From the NCBI GenBank assembly GCA_040767085.1, contig JAXGPF010000009.1, positions 160,001-224,000 on the forward strand: DNA of 64,000 nucleotides, written 5' to 3'. Below are positions 9,879-19,861 of this stretch, piece by piece. The stretch's first letter is position 1. Each line of letters opens with the position of its first letter. Origin of the DNA: Kiritimatiellia bacterium (lineage in GTDB: Bacteria; Verrucomicrobiota; Kiritimatiellia; JAAZAB01). Below the pieces are notes generated by a model, which was not told the DNA's origin, searched no databases, and worked only from the letters and a program-made list of their open reading frames with translations. Made by a program: the position numbers and the translations under genes.

Positions 9879-12780
9879 CTGCCCCGCTATTACCCTCGCA
9901 AAACAAAGTCAGCCGCATCCGGGCCGTCAAGGGGTCGGCTGTTACTCCCATCGAAACTTCCACCAGGTTTTCACCCGGCTCCAGCCAAAGCCCGCATCCG
10001 GGCAACATGGCGGATTCCACCGCCTCGCCCTGCAAGTTGTAACGCCGGCAGGCGCCGGCATCGTCCAGTTCCACATACCCGCCCGTGCCGATATCCATTG
10101 GTATTTTCACGGAATTTTGCCCAATCCGCAATTCCGGCTGCCGCAGGATTACCGGCGCCAGCGGCAGGGCATGAATCGGACCGACCCGGGCGGTTACCGC
10201 GCCGGCGCCGGGGATATTATTCAGCCAGAGATTAAGGCATTCAATCTGCTTGAAATCAACCTGCTCCCTGAAAAGGCAATACAAGTTCCCGGAATACGGC
10301 CAGCCATAATCTTCCAGCCGCGCGCTTTCCGGCTCAACCAGTTCGACGTACCGCCAACCGGTGAAATCCAGGACAACGTAATGATCGGCGAATCCCGTAA
10401 TATGCCGCGGACTGGTCAGTTGCACATTCAACACCGCTCCGCTGCCGTCGCCTTCCACCCAGAATCCCAATCCCAGCCGATCGCCGGATTCCAACTGCCC
10501 CTCCCGGCTGATGGCCGCCCAATCCGATTGATCGCCGGCCGCGCCGGCCGCGGGCCGGCACAAGTTCAACGGCGGATCAAACTTTTTGCCCACCCGCGTC
10601 CACGCCGGCTGCGGCCCGGGGATGGCGCGCATGCCATGGAAATCGCCCTGCAAGCGCGGCTCCGGCGCGCGGCTCGCGGCAGGCGTGCGCCATGCTCTCA
10701 AACAGCCCAGGCGCGGGCGCACGGGGTCGCCCGTGACTGCGGCGGAAAATTCCGCGGCATATCCCGGCGCGGCGGCGGGCGCGCCGAATTCGTCCGAACG
10801 AGCGAAACCGGCCATGACCAGCGCATTGGCATCCGCATGCGGCATAACGGAAAAAAGCGGCTCGATCCTCAGGCTGACCACCCGCGCACGTCCGTGGTGT
10901 GCAATCCTGCAGGTCGCCGGCCGGCCGGCCGGGGCGCTGAGGACATATTGCGCCCGATGCCGGCGCTGAAAAATCGGCTGGCCATCCGCCCGGCGGACCA
11001 GGTGGAATTCCGCGCCGGGCTGCGCCAATGCCGCGCGGGTTGCCGCGGCGACCGCACCGGACCGCCGCAAGTTTTCATATTCTCTGATGATGCCGGCGGC
11101 GGCTTGATTCGCGGGCCCGGCAAAAAACTTATCCGGACTTAAATCGGGTCCCACCAGCGCCAGGCCGTAATCGTTTGCCAGCGCCTTGCCGCACCAGTAT
11201 GCGACATCTTCCGGAAACATGCGATCGCCCTGGATGCCGGCCCAGCGGGAATCGAGCGTACTCGACCACCAGCCGAGCTGCGCGGGCAGCATGATGCTTT
11301 CCCCCCGGCGGTTGGCCGCCGCGTGGTGGTCCACAAAACGCTGATAATTTTTAGTCGGATAATCCCAGGCGCCGATCCGGGAGCGCACCACCCACAGGTG
11401 ATGGTGAAAAGTGGACATCTCCAGCAGCAGCGGCCGTTGCAGGCGCCGGCAGAATTCATACACGAACCGGGCGCCGTAATGCCAGCTTAACTCCGGATCG
11501 CCCATCCGGTCCTCGCCGTCCAATCCGTCAAAATACGCCATGTCGAATCCGCATGCGTTCACCAGTTCCGCCGCGGCGGCGGCGATTTCCGGGAGCAGGT
11601 CCGAATGGCCATCCGGAACGAAATGCCCCCAGACTTGCGACAACCGGGCAACCGTCGCGCCGGACTGGTGCGGCCGGGCAGCTGTGCCCCATGCGCCCCG
11701 CTGGCATCCCGCAAACGCCCAGGCGCCGTTCTGCCGGACGGCCTGGAATTTGATCAATTCCCCGTCCACCTGGAGCGTCAGGCTGTTGTCATTCCGGGGG
11801 GTCGGACGGGGATTGATGTCCGCGAGGCTTTCCGCCACCGGGATCAGCGCCGCATCGGCGGAAAGCGCCCCGGCCAGATGATAAACCGCATCCTTCGCCA
11901 ATCGCGCATCCGGCCGGGGGGTAATCCAGCGCGAGCGGCCGTCAATCACAAAGGAAAGCGAATGAAACCCGGCCAGGATGCCAGCCGCATGCAGCTTGTC
12001 TATCACGGACTTAAGACTGGCGCGACCACGCGGATAAAATTCGGGATTGACCTCGAAATCGCCATGGCGGTAGGCCCGATACCGGCCGTAAATGTTTAAC
12101 TGGGTGACGCCCAGCGTCCGGCACACGCGAATGTAGTCATCCACGTTCGACTCGGTCACACCGCGATCGAACACGTATGAATCCCGGTTGGCGGGATGAT
12201 CCAGCGCCCATGGCCCGCCCAGGGGCGAGTGCGGCAGTTCCGGCGCGCTGCGCACAACCTCCTGCAGCACTTCCCGCAACACGGGACGCGGGCAGACCAT
12301 GAAGGCGGCCTGCGCGCCCGTGAAATGCAAGGCGCGGAAAGCGCGCGCGGTCAGGCGGTCCTGGTCGCCGGGAAATCCCTCGACTTTCGTCCGGATGTTA
12401 AGCGCCAGGGCGCAGGCGGCCAGGCCTTGCGTTTGCAGTTGCGCCGCTTGCAGCGGAATATCCAGGAACAGGATTTCATCCACGTCCGGCTCGGATACCC
12501 GCCGGACTTCCACCACGAAATAACGCGGATGGACATGGAGCGCCAGCTCGGCGGTGACGCCAGACTCGCCGAATCCGAGTTCAAGGCCGTCCGGTATGGC
12601 GCGCGCGAACGTCGCCGGGTAATGCCGGCCCGCTTTGACGATCGAAGCTGCGGCCGGTTGCCCGGCGCAGACATTGGCGGCGGCCTGGCCGGCGCCGAAA
12701 TAAAGGACGCGCCCATGGCCGTTTATTTGCAGACGCGCCCATGAGTTTTTAAAATCAAGCGAACATAAAGTATTGCCCAT
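9868..12780 (-). CDS. Large putative glycoside hydrolase (TIM-barrel, GH-D-like) of unknown family
   Basis: Likely start ATG 12780 (MGNTLCS...); the ORF-track extension overlaps the upstream gene. Motifs LKSVIDKLHAAGILAGFH, GFDMAYFDGLDG, SRIGAWD. Confidence 0.55.
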   Translation of the reverse strand: MGNTLCSLDFKNSWARLQINGHGRVLYFGAGQAAANVCAGQPAAASIVKAGRHYPATFARAIPDGLELGFGESGVTAELALHVHPRYFVVEVRRVSEPDVDEILFLDIPLQAAQLQTQGLAACALALNIRTKVEGFPGDQDRLTARAFRALHFTGAQAAFMVCPRPVLREVLQEVVRSAPELPHSPLGGPWALDHPANRDSYVFDRGVTESNVDDYIRVCRTLGVTQLNIYGRYRAYRHGDFEVNPEFYPRGRASLKSVIDKLHAAGILAGFHSLSFVIDGRSRWITPRPDARLAKDAVYHLAGALSADAALIPVAESLADINPRPTPRNDNSLTLQVDGELIKFQAVRQNGAWAFAGCQRGAWGTAARPHQSGATVARLSQVWGHFVPDGHSDLLPEIAAAAAELVNACGFDMAYFDGLDGEDRMGDPELSWHYGARFVYEFCRRLQRPLLLEMSTFHHHLWVVRSRIGAWDYPTKNYQRFVDHHAAANRRGESIMLPAQLGWWSSTLDSRWAGIQGDRMFPEDVAYWCGKALANDYGLALVGPDLSPDKFFAGPANQAAAGIIREYENLRRSGAVAAATRAALAQPGAEFHLVRRADGQPIFQRRHRAQYVLSAPAGRPATCRIAHHGRARVVSLRIEPLFSVMPHADANALVMAGFARSDEFGAPAAAPGYAAEFSAAVTGDPVRPRLGCLRAWRTPAASRAPEPRLQGDFHGMRAIPGPQPAWTRVGKKFDPPLNLCRPAAGAAGDQSDWAAISREGQLESGDRLGLGFWVEGDGSGAVLNVQLTSPRHITGFADHYVVLDFTGWRYVELVEPESARLEDYGWPYSGNLYCLFREQVDFKQIECLNLWLNNIPGAGAVTARVGPIHALPLAPVILRQPELRIGQNSVKIPMDIGTGGYVELDDAGACRRYNLQGEAVESAMLPGCGLWLEPGENLVEVSMGVTADPLTARMRLTLFCEGNSGAGGV

Positions 12781-12865
12781 ATTCCTAGCCGCAGTATACG
12801 CCCGGCAGGGGCAGATGAACATTTCAACAAATTCAACAAAACGACGGTTTAATTCAACCTTGCGA

Positions 12866-14170
12866 TTAAAAGCGCGCCGCCGGCCAAGATGGCATACTCC
12901 GGTAAACCTGCCGGCCATATTCCGGCAGATGACCGGGAAGGAAAAACATCCCCCCGCCCCGCCAGCGCTGGCCGCCGGCCAGAAAATTTGAAACCGCCTG
13001 CTGCAGGCTGGTCCGGGCGGGCGCCTCCCCCGGTCGGGCGTCTTCCCGCTGGAAGATGAACCAGAACCCGTCCTGGCCGTTGGACGGCACGGGAAACAGA
13101 TACAACTCGCGTTGGAACAAAACCAAATTTGACGAGGCCGGCAGAATCTCTGCCAGTTGGTTGTTGAAAATCCACGAATTGGACGATATGGCGCGGATGG
13201 GCGCATCCGGAAAACGGTCTTGGAAAAAATCCGCCGCCAAACGGAGGGATTCGGAGCATTTTGCCGGATGCATACCGCCGCCGGCGGGAATATGCATGTC
13301 CAAGGTCCAATCGCCCTTGCCGAAAACCCGTTCCCATGCGGCCAGCGGCAAACGCACTGCGCGTCGCTCCGCCATACCCCGCGGATTTATCGGCGCGCCG
13401 ATGACCGTGCCGCGTTCCTTCCGGAGGGATGACTGCCAGCCGCCCGCGCCCTGATCAGCCGGCCCGCCGACATTGCAATATCCGTCCGCGGTGAACCAGG
13501 CGCCATCCGGCGCCAATGCCAGCACCCGTCCATCCGTGCGGTTGGCGTACACTTCCACGCCGCCGCTGAATTTCTGGCGCACATACTCGAAACGGCCCAG
13601 ACGGTTGACCGTGCCGGTAATGTAATGGCGCAGCCAATGCAACCCCGTGGTAAAAGTGCCCCGTCTGCCGTTGTGCGAATCGCGATATAAGTCTGCGCGC
13701 GTCTTGATCCCACGGCAGGTTTCAGCCGTCATCGTTGCCGGCAAATTCAGCCGCCGATGCGCTTCAATAATCAGTGGCGGAGCGCCCAATGCCAGGAGCA
13801 GGTAAAATAAGCCGGCGGCATTGCCCAGCGTCGAGTTTAAATCGGGCCAGCGCGCCATCCGGCCGCCCGGATAATCAGGCTGGTCATAAAGCAGACGGTA
13901 ACAATGCCCCATCAGGAAACTCAGCGCGGGTGATGCCGCAATCCGCTCCGCCGTTTCCAGCAAGGCCGCCTCGTCCGACGCATCGAAACCGCAGCACCGG
14001 CAACTGTCATGGATGGCGGCCGAATCCAGGCAAGGCGGGGGTAGCGCCGGCCGGGCAGACGGCGCGACTTCCACACTCCGCAGCGCTTCCGCCGACGCCG
14101 AGGCATGCAGCACCCGCAATGACTCGTCCAGCGACATACAAGGCCGGAATTTTTTTGCTGATTTATTCAT
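12866..14170 (-). CDS. GNAT-like acyltransferase-domain protein (NAT_N/GNAT_C type)
   Basis: WLRHY...RLGRFEY, LDMHIPAGG, SWIFN.QL...LP.SSNLV.FQ; start codon uncertain (14191, 14170 or 14137). Confidence 0.7.
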   Translation of the reverse strand: MNKSAKKFRPCMSLDESLRVLHASASAEALRSVEVAPSARPALPPPCLDSAAIHDSCRCCGFDASDEAALLETAERIAASPALSFLMGHCYRLLYDQPDYPGGRMARWPDLNSTLGNAAGLFYLLLALGAPPLIIEAHRRLNLPATMTAETCRGIKTRADLYRDSHNGRRGTFTTGLHWLRHYITGTVNRLGRFEYVRQKFSGGVEVYANRTDGRVLALAPDGAWFTADGYCNVGGPADQGAGGWQSSLRKERGTVIGAPINPRGMAERRAVRLPLAAWERVFGKGDWTLDMHIPAGGGMHPAKCSESLRLAADFFQDRFPDAPIRAISSNSWIFNNQLAEILPASSNLVLFQRELYLFPVPSNGQDGFWFIFQREDARPGEAPARTSLQQAVSNFLAGGQRWRGGGMFFLPGHLPEYGRQVYRSMPSWPAARF

Positions 14171-14225
14171 TGCCGGAGGATACAATTTCACGGCTTAATT
14201 GACTCGGCCATTTCTAAACCTTAAC

Positions 14226-15212
14226 ATGCCCCATTCCATTTTTGCTCAAACTCGGCGCCTGCCGGCCAGGCAATACAACTACTTCGACGGCCTGCGGCAT
14301 TTCAACCAGGAACTGCCGGATAACATCATCTGTTTCCGCCGGACCGATAACCTGCGCGCCAATTTCATATCCCGGCATCACCGGTTTGTGCTGGTGGCCA
14401 ATTTATCGACGGATGGGACGGCCATCCTGAACGGCCAAGCCATATCCCTGCCGCAAAATCACGGCCTTTTGATCTTTCCCCACCAGGCGCACTCCTTCCA
14501 GGCGCCGCGACGCCTGAACTGGCTTTACATCACTTTCGAACTGGACCGCCCCAAATGGCTGCAGCCGCTGCACAATACCCCCGCCCCGCTGACGCCGCAA
14601 TGCCTGACGATGCTGGCGGACCTGCTGCAAATCTATCTGCGGCGGCGCGACATCCCCGAACGGGGATTCCGCTGCGCCTTGTCGCTGGCCTGGACGCTCC
14701 ATGCCATGCTGGCGGCAGCCGGCCCAACGGCATCCTCCCAGCCGGCGGCGGACAAAACCAGCCATGAAATGCTGGTGGAAAACATCAACCATTATGTTTA
14801 TGAACATATTGACACCCGCCTGACCATCCCCGTGATTGCCGGCGCCGTCGGCTTGAGCCCCAGCCATTTGCGGGCGTTGTTTCGCAAAAAGCTGAAGACC
14901 AGCCTGGGTGTATATGTGCGCAATATCAGGATTGACAAGGCGGTGAACCTGCTGAACGGCACCGACCGCCTGGTCAAGGAAATCGCCTTCGCCACCGGCT
15001 TCGCCTCCACCGCATCCTTCATCATGACCTTTAAACGGATGGTGGGTGTTACACCCAGCCAGTACCGGCAAGGACTTAACGCGCCGGCCATAAATCCTGC
15101 CAGTCCCCGCGCATATCGCTGGGGATCAGCGCCGCCACCTCGACCGCGTTCCGCTCGGCCATCGCCCGGGTCGCGGCATAGCCCACCGCCTCGGCGGCCA
15201 GCGCCTGCATGA
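14226..15212 (+). CDS. AraC family transcriptional regulator
   Basis: Cupin-like N-terminus (LLIFPHQAH); HTH LSPSHLRALFRKK...VKEIAFATGF.S...F...FKRMVGVTPSQYR. Confidence 0.9.
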   Translation: MPHSIFAQTRRLPARQYNYFDGLRHFNQELPDNIICFRRTDNLRANFISRHHRFVLVANLSTDGTAILNGQAISLPQNHGLLIFPHQAHSFQAPRRLNWLYITFELDRPKWLQPLHNTPAPLTPQCLTMLADLLQIYLRRRDIPERGFRCALSLAWTLHAMLAAAGPTASSQPAADKTSHEMLVENINHYVYEHIDTRLTIPVIAGAVGLSPSHLRALFRKKLKTSLGVYVRNIRIDKAVNLLNGTDRLVKEIAFATGFASTASFIMTFKRMVGVTPSQYRQGLNAPAINPASPRAYRWGSAPPPRPRSARPSPGSRHSPPPRRPAPA

Positions 15213-16320
15213 CTGTCGTGCGCGGCTGCTTTATCACGCCTCTGATCAATCCCAGGAAATGACGCGCAACCTCGGCCCCGGCATTGTAATGAATGCGGCC
15301 CAGATAGTCGAATTCCCACGTCCGCACATCATGGGCCGTGCCGTAACGGGGATAAACGGCAATGCGGCCGCGCTTGTGCTGCTCCGGCAGCGAATATGAC
15401 ACCTTCATCACACCCAGCAACCCGGTCACTTCATACTCACGGGTGGAATAACTCGCCGGCGAGAAATAACTGTGGGTATAGGCGGCGATGAGGCCGCGCT
15501 CGCATTCGATCAGGCATGACGCGCTGTCCGGCACGTCAATTTCACGCGAATATACACAGGCATCCGTCCGGTTTTCCTTTTCCATGTCCACCGCCCAGCC
15601 ATTCAAAATCCGCTGGCTGGACACACTTTCCGGACAGTCCATGCGCTCCGGACACCGGGAACATCTCAAATCATCAGGCTTGTCGCCGCCGAATGCGAAC
15701 CGGCCGCCCATGCCTGCCACCCGGATCGGGCGGACGCGCAGCCAATCGAGCATGATGTCAAAGTCATGCGTGGCCTTTTCGATGAACATCCCGCCGCCCC
15801 CGCGCATGGTGCGCCGGAATGTCCGGAACATGGAATTGCCATAGGAACAGTGCTGGATAAAGTTCGCCGAACAAATCCGGCCGATGGCGCCGCCGGCCAG
15901 CAATTCACGCGCCTGCCCGGAAATCGGGCTGTAACGCATGCAATGATCCACCATGATCGGCCCCGCATATTTTTTGGCAAAGCGCGCAACTTCGATGATT
16001 TTGTCCCAGGCCGCCTCAAGCGGCTTTTCGATCAGGATTGGAAACTTGCAGCCTTCCAATTCGCGCAGGCATGCAAGGTGCGCATGGTTCGGCGTGGCGA
16101 TAACCAAACCGTCAATTGCGGTTTGCCCGAGCAGATCGCGGATGGAATCAAACCGCGGCGGCTGGCGTTGGATAAAATCCGATCCAGCTTTATAGGCGGC
16201 ATCATCCGGCTCAACCACGCCGGCGATTTCCGCCATGCCGGCGGACACTGTGAGCAAATCATGCGTCAACCGCTTCCCCATCTGCCCCAATCCGACAACT
16301 CCGAGGTTGATCTTTTTCAT
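15076..16320 (-). CDS. Gfo/Idh/MocA family oxidoreductase
   Basis: GVVGLGQMG, IATPNHAH, EKP, EKATHDFD. Confidence 0.9.
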   Translation of the reverse strand: MKKINLGVVGLGQMGKRLTHDLLTVSAGMAEIAGVVEPDDAAYKAGSDFIQRQPPRFDSIRDLLGQTAIDGLVIATPNHAHLACLRELEGCKFPILIEKPLEAAWDKIIEVARFAKKYAGPIMVDHCMRYSPISGQARELLAGGAIGRICSANFIQHCSYGNSMFRTFRRTMRGGGGMFIEKATHDFDIMLDWLRVRPIRVAGMGGRFAFGGDKPDDLRCSRCPERMDCPESVSSQRILNGWAVDMEKENRTDACVYSREIDVPDSASCLIECERGLIAAYTHSYFSPASYSTREYEVTGLLGVMKVSYSLPEQHKRGRIAVYPRYGTAHDVRTWEFDYLGRIHYNAGAEVARHFLGLIRGVIKQPRTTVMQALAAEAVGYAATRAMAERNAVEVAALIPSDMRGDWQDLWPAR

Positions 16321-16457
16321 ATACTTTTTCCACAAATGCTGGCGCAAGCCAGGAGCCTAAATATAACAGCGTTTATTTCGTCATTCGTCATTATTTTATC
16401 TCTCGCATATTATGTGGCGCAAAAATGCTGGTCCAGCGCAGCGGGATAAAGTCCTCT

Positions 16458-19400
16458 TCAAGGTTCCTTGAATACCGCCCGGCCAAAATAGGCTGGATTG
16501 ACTTCGGCGTCCACTGCGCCGGTCCAACGCAGCCGGCTGCGGATGGCATTCCGTTCCGGTTTGGGCTCGTCGCGGTCAGTCACCGCCAGATCGAACCCAA
16601 AGGCATTGCCCGGCGCGACTTCCTTGCGGAACTTGAAATTATATAGCGGAATCCGGACTTCCAGGGCGTAGCCATCAGCCATGACCGTGGCAGCATACGC
16701 CAGGGCTTCCAGGTATCTGCCCGGCGGCCGCAGCCAGTGGCAGGCCGGCGCCGGCAACGATTCCACCGGCGGGGTAAAGACCACATGATAAACGTCCGGC
16801 GTATAGGTATCGCCGGCCTGGCCGGCCATGGCGCGGCCATCGAGGAACAATTCAATCGCATCGCCGGCCGCGGCTGTCGCCGGGCTGGCGCTGTTGGTAT
16901 TCATCAGATTATCATCATAAACCCGGACCGCTACAAACAGGTTGGTAGCATCGTAACGCAAAGCCGCGCGCGCTGACACATCCTGCGGTCCGCGCCAATC
17001 CACCAGTTGGTTGTTCAGGTAGCTCTTGGTAAACGGGATGCCTTCCACCACCTGCGCCGGCCGGTCAATCGCCATGGCAAATGATTCCGGATCGCCCCAA
17101 TCGGACAAGTCGCCGTCAATCACGGGCGGATTGGCCGCCAAAAGCGCCGGCGCGCTCAGGCAAACCGGCAGGACTCCCTGATACGTCACAGTTTGCAGAG
17201 GGCCGGCGGGCCCGGCCAGAATCACCTCCATATCCTGCTTGTCCGATATGCCGGCGGGAACATCAATTTCAAACTCAACGCTGTTGGTTTGCCGCGCGGG
17301 CACTTCCACCGGCTGGGCGGCTGTCTCGCCGAATGGCGCGGGCATTACCACGCGCAGCATGCCGCTCAGCGGCTCCGGCATGGGATTGAACACCACCGCC
17401 TTGATCCGGGCGGTTTGGCCGGGGAAGACCTGCCGGGCTTCGCTGGCCGCGGTCAAGACCGGCGCGCTGACAGCGGGCAATGCCGTAATGCCGGTGATAT
17501 ATAGCGGGGCATTGGGGCGGCAACACAGCTTGTAAATGCCGCCGAATTTTTCCGTTGCGAGTTCATTGCCGTAAATATCAAGCGCCTTCACTTTCGCGCC
17601 GGCCAATTCCAGATACACCGTAGCCGCGCGGTGTTCCAGGATTTCATCCGTCCAAGCCGCGATAATGAATTCATTGCCGCGCTTGAACAGATAGCCCTTC
17701 AATGTCGCCGCGCCGCCCAGGTCCATCCGCCGCACAAATTTCGAGCCCGCCAGGATGCCGGTGACGTTGGCGTAGGCGACCGATGCCGGCGAAGGCGTGT
17801 GGGGCGCATATTGCAGGTCTGAAATCATGCTGCCGCCGATGGACGACCACCACAAGGCATACTTGACATTCAGAGCCAGGTTGAGCACATGCCCGCGCAC
17901 GGCGCGGAAGGCGGTGGTGTGCCAGTCGGTGAACGAATCGCGGCCGCGCTTGATGAAGAACGCCGGCATTTCGCGGCCAGGCAAGCTTGCTTCGAATTCC
18001 GCCGGAGTCATCGGATAACCATCCTCGCGCATGCCCCAGGCCAGAACTTGGTAACAGCCGTATTCCGTATTGGCCAGCACGGGGCTGGCACCGGCAGCCT
18101 TGAGCATATCCAAGATGGGCGTCAAACGGATGTCATCCTGCAATGATGCCGGGTCCCGGCCGCCGACAAAACCATAGGGATGGATGGTGTAATAATCAGC
18201 CTTGCCGGCCGTGAGTTCGGCGACTTTTTTGCTCCATGGGCTATGCGATATGTTGCACGCCACGCGGATGGCCGGGTCAACCGCGTGCAGTTCTTCCGCC
18301 GAAATATTGACCAGCTTGCCGTAATGATACGCGTCGGACCGGCCGTAGGCTTCCCCGAAGATTTCATAATCATGCACCTTGCCCTTATAACGTTCGGCCA
18401 CGGTCCGGACATACCGCCGCCATTTTGACATGGCGGCTTCATCATCGGCATCGGGATAAAAATAACCGTCCAGCACCGCCGTGTTCCCGGTTTGTTTCTG
18501 GAACCATTTCGGCGGTGCATCCAGCATGATGATGGGAATACTCACCGCCGCCAGCAGGCTGTTGACCTTCAAGTCCAGCCGGTCGAAATACCACTCGCCC
18601 TCCTCCGGCTCCACCGCCGCCCACCCATCGTAATGGATCAAGCCCCACTTCTGGTAGGTCGGCGCATTCACGCCCTTGGCGACCGTGAACCCGCTGCGCA
18701 GCTCCTCACCCGTGCAGTCACGGGGATTGACCGCAATGGTCCGGGCAAATTGTATCTTCATCTCCTGCAGCGCGCGGCCTTGCTCCATCAGCTTGAACTC
18801 GCCCCAGAACAGGCCGTGGGCGGTTATCTCTTCCATCCCGAACGGCGCCACCGTCAATGCGCCCGGTCGCGCCGTCACCGCCACTTCCTTCTCCAACACC
18901 AGTCGCTTTTCAAGATCCTTGACCATCGCCTGCAGCACCAGGGATTTTTCCGCGGCCAATGCGTTCAACACGGCAAAGTCGAACCGCGCCGGCTCGCCGG
19001 CCCGGAAGGTGGCGTCCACCCGCCCGGCATGGGCGACCATCCGCAACACATCACCCCCGCCCTTCACCCAGCCTTGCGCCGTCAGCGTCCCCTCCATGCC
19101 CGCGTAAAACACCGTGTTGGAATCCATCGCCCAGGCGGCCGGCCGCTCATGCATGGATTTGATTTCCGACTCCGCCAGCGCCCGGTCCAGGATCAGAACC
19201 TCGTCCACCAGCGTGCCCTGCGGCGAACGCATGATTACGAACAAATCATCCGCCGGCCGCGCCGGCGCCCCGCCCGCGCCGTATACTTTCTCGTAAATTT
19301 TCTCTCCGTCCAGCCACGTCTGCTCGCGCTCCGGCGACCAGGTGAACACCGCGTGGTGGAACACCCGGCAAAAATCATTGCTCAGCCACCGCGAGCCACC

Positions 19401-19778
19401 GGGATACACCAGGCGCTGCCGCGCCGCCCCGCCTCCATGGCTGATCGCAAACGCCCCGATCTTCCCAAGCTGCAGCGGCGTCTGCCCGTCATAATGCCCC
19501 GACCAGGTCGGCTTGAACCAGCAGGCAAGCGCGCCGGCGGCCGCGTTGGTGGTGGAAAACCATGCCGGGTACTCCAGCGCCGGCCCGTTGAACAACGCCA
19601 GGCATTGGCCAACCGGCCCATCCGGGAACCAGGCGGCGGCCGGATCTTCCGCGTATTTTTCGAATATTGGAATGACATCAGCCCGGAGTGAATTGACGGC
19701 TAAAACAGCCGGCAGGCATGCAACAACCGCCAAACGGAAATAATTGCAACTTGAAAAATGGAATTTCATCTTATTCAT
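16458..19778 (-). CDS. Secreted LamG + clan GH-A + CBM9-like protein, paralog B
   Basis: Same architecture as 6464-9793 with long identical peptides (RQRLVYPGGSRWLSNDFC, NAPTYQKWGLIHYDGWAA, YALWWSSIGGSMISDLQ). Confidence 0.75.
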   Translation of the reverse strand: MNKMKFHFSSCNYFRLAVVACLPAVLAVNSLRADVIPIFEKYAEDPAAAWFPDGPVGQCLALFNGPALEYPAWFSTTNAAAGALACWFKPTWSGHYDGQTPLQLGKIGAFAISHGGGAARQRLVYPGGSRWLSNDFCRVFHHAVFTWSPEREQTWLDGEKIYEKVYGAGGAPARPADDLFVIMRSPQGTLVDEVLILDRALAESEIKSMHERPAAWAMDSNTVFYAGMEGTLTAQGWVKGGGDVLRMVAHAGRVDATFRAGEPARFDFAVLNALAAEKSLVLQAMVKDLEKRLVLEKEVAVTARPGALTVAPFGMEEITAHGLFWGEFKLMEQGRALQEMKIQFARTIAVNPRDCTGEELRSGFTVAKGVNAPTYQKWGLIHYDGWAAVEPEEGEWYFDRLDLKVNSLLAAVSIPIIMLDAPPKWFQKQTGNTAVLDGYFYPDADDEAAMSKWRRYVRTVAERYKGKVHDYEIFGEAYGRSDAYHYGKLVNISAEELHAVDPAIRVACNISHSPWSKKVAELTAGKADYYTIHPYGFVGGRDPASLQDDIRLTPILDMLKAAGASPVLANTEYGCYQVLAWGMREDGYPMTPAEFEASLPGREMPAFFIKRGRDSFTDWHTTAFRAVRGHVLNLALNVKYALWWSSIGGSMISDLQYAPHTPSPASVAYANVTGILAGSKFVRRMDLGGAATLKGYLFKRGNEFIIAAWTDEILEHRAATVYLELAGAKVKALDIYGNELATEKFGGIYKLCCRPNAPLYITGITALPAVSAPVLTAASEARQVFPGQTARIKAVVFNPMPEPLSGMLRVVMPAPFGETAAQPVEVPARQTNSVEFEIDVPAGISDKQDMEVILAGPAGPLQTVTYQGVLPVCLSAPALLAANPPVIDGDLSDWGDPESFAMAIDRPAQVVEGIPFTKSYLNNQLVDWRGPQDVSARAALRYDATNLFVAVRVYDDNLMNTNSASPATAAAGDAIELFLDGRAMAGQAGDTYTPDVYHVVFTPPVESLPAPACHWLRPPGRYLEALAYAATVMADGYALEVRIPLYNFKFRKEVAPGNAFGFDLAVTDRDEPKPERNAIRSRLRWTGAVDAEVNPAYFGRAVFKEP

Positions 19779-19806
19779 AAGTTACCGTCATTAACAATTT
19801 GCCCAA

Positions 19807-19834
19807 GTCATTCCGAGCGAAGCCGAGAAATCTC
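19807..19834 (+). repeat. Single REP-like unit GTCATTCCGAGCGAAGCCGAGAAATCTC
   Basis: Resembles widespread GTCATTC...GAATC intergenic repeats; only one copy in the window. Confidence 0.35.
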
Positions 19835-19861
19835 GTATTCGTCTGAATCCCTTTATGCAAT

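Noticed and set aside
12781..13206. N-terminal extension of the 1112-aa ORF
   Set aside because: Overlaps the GNAT-like gene in another frame and has non-protein-like composition.
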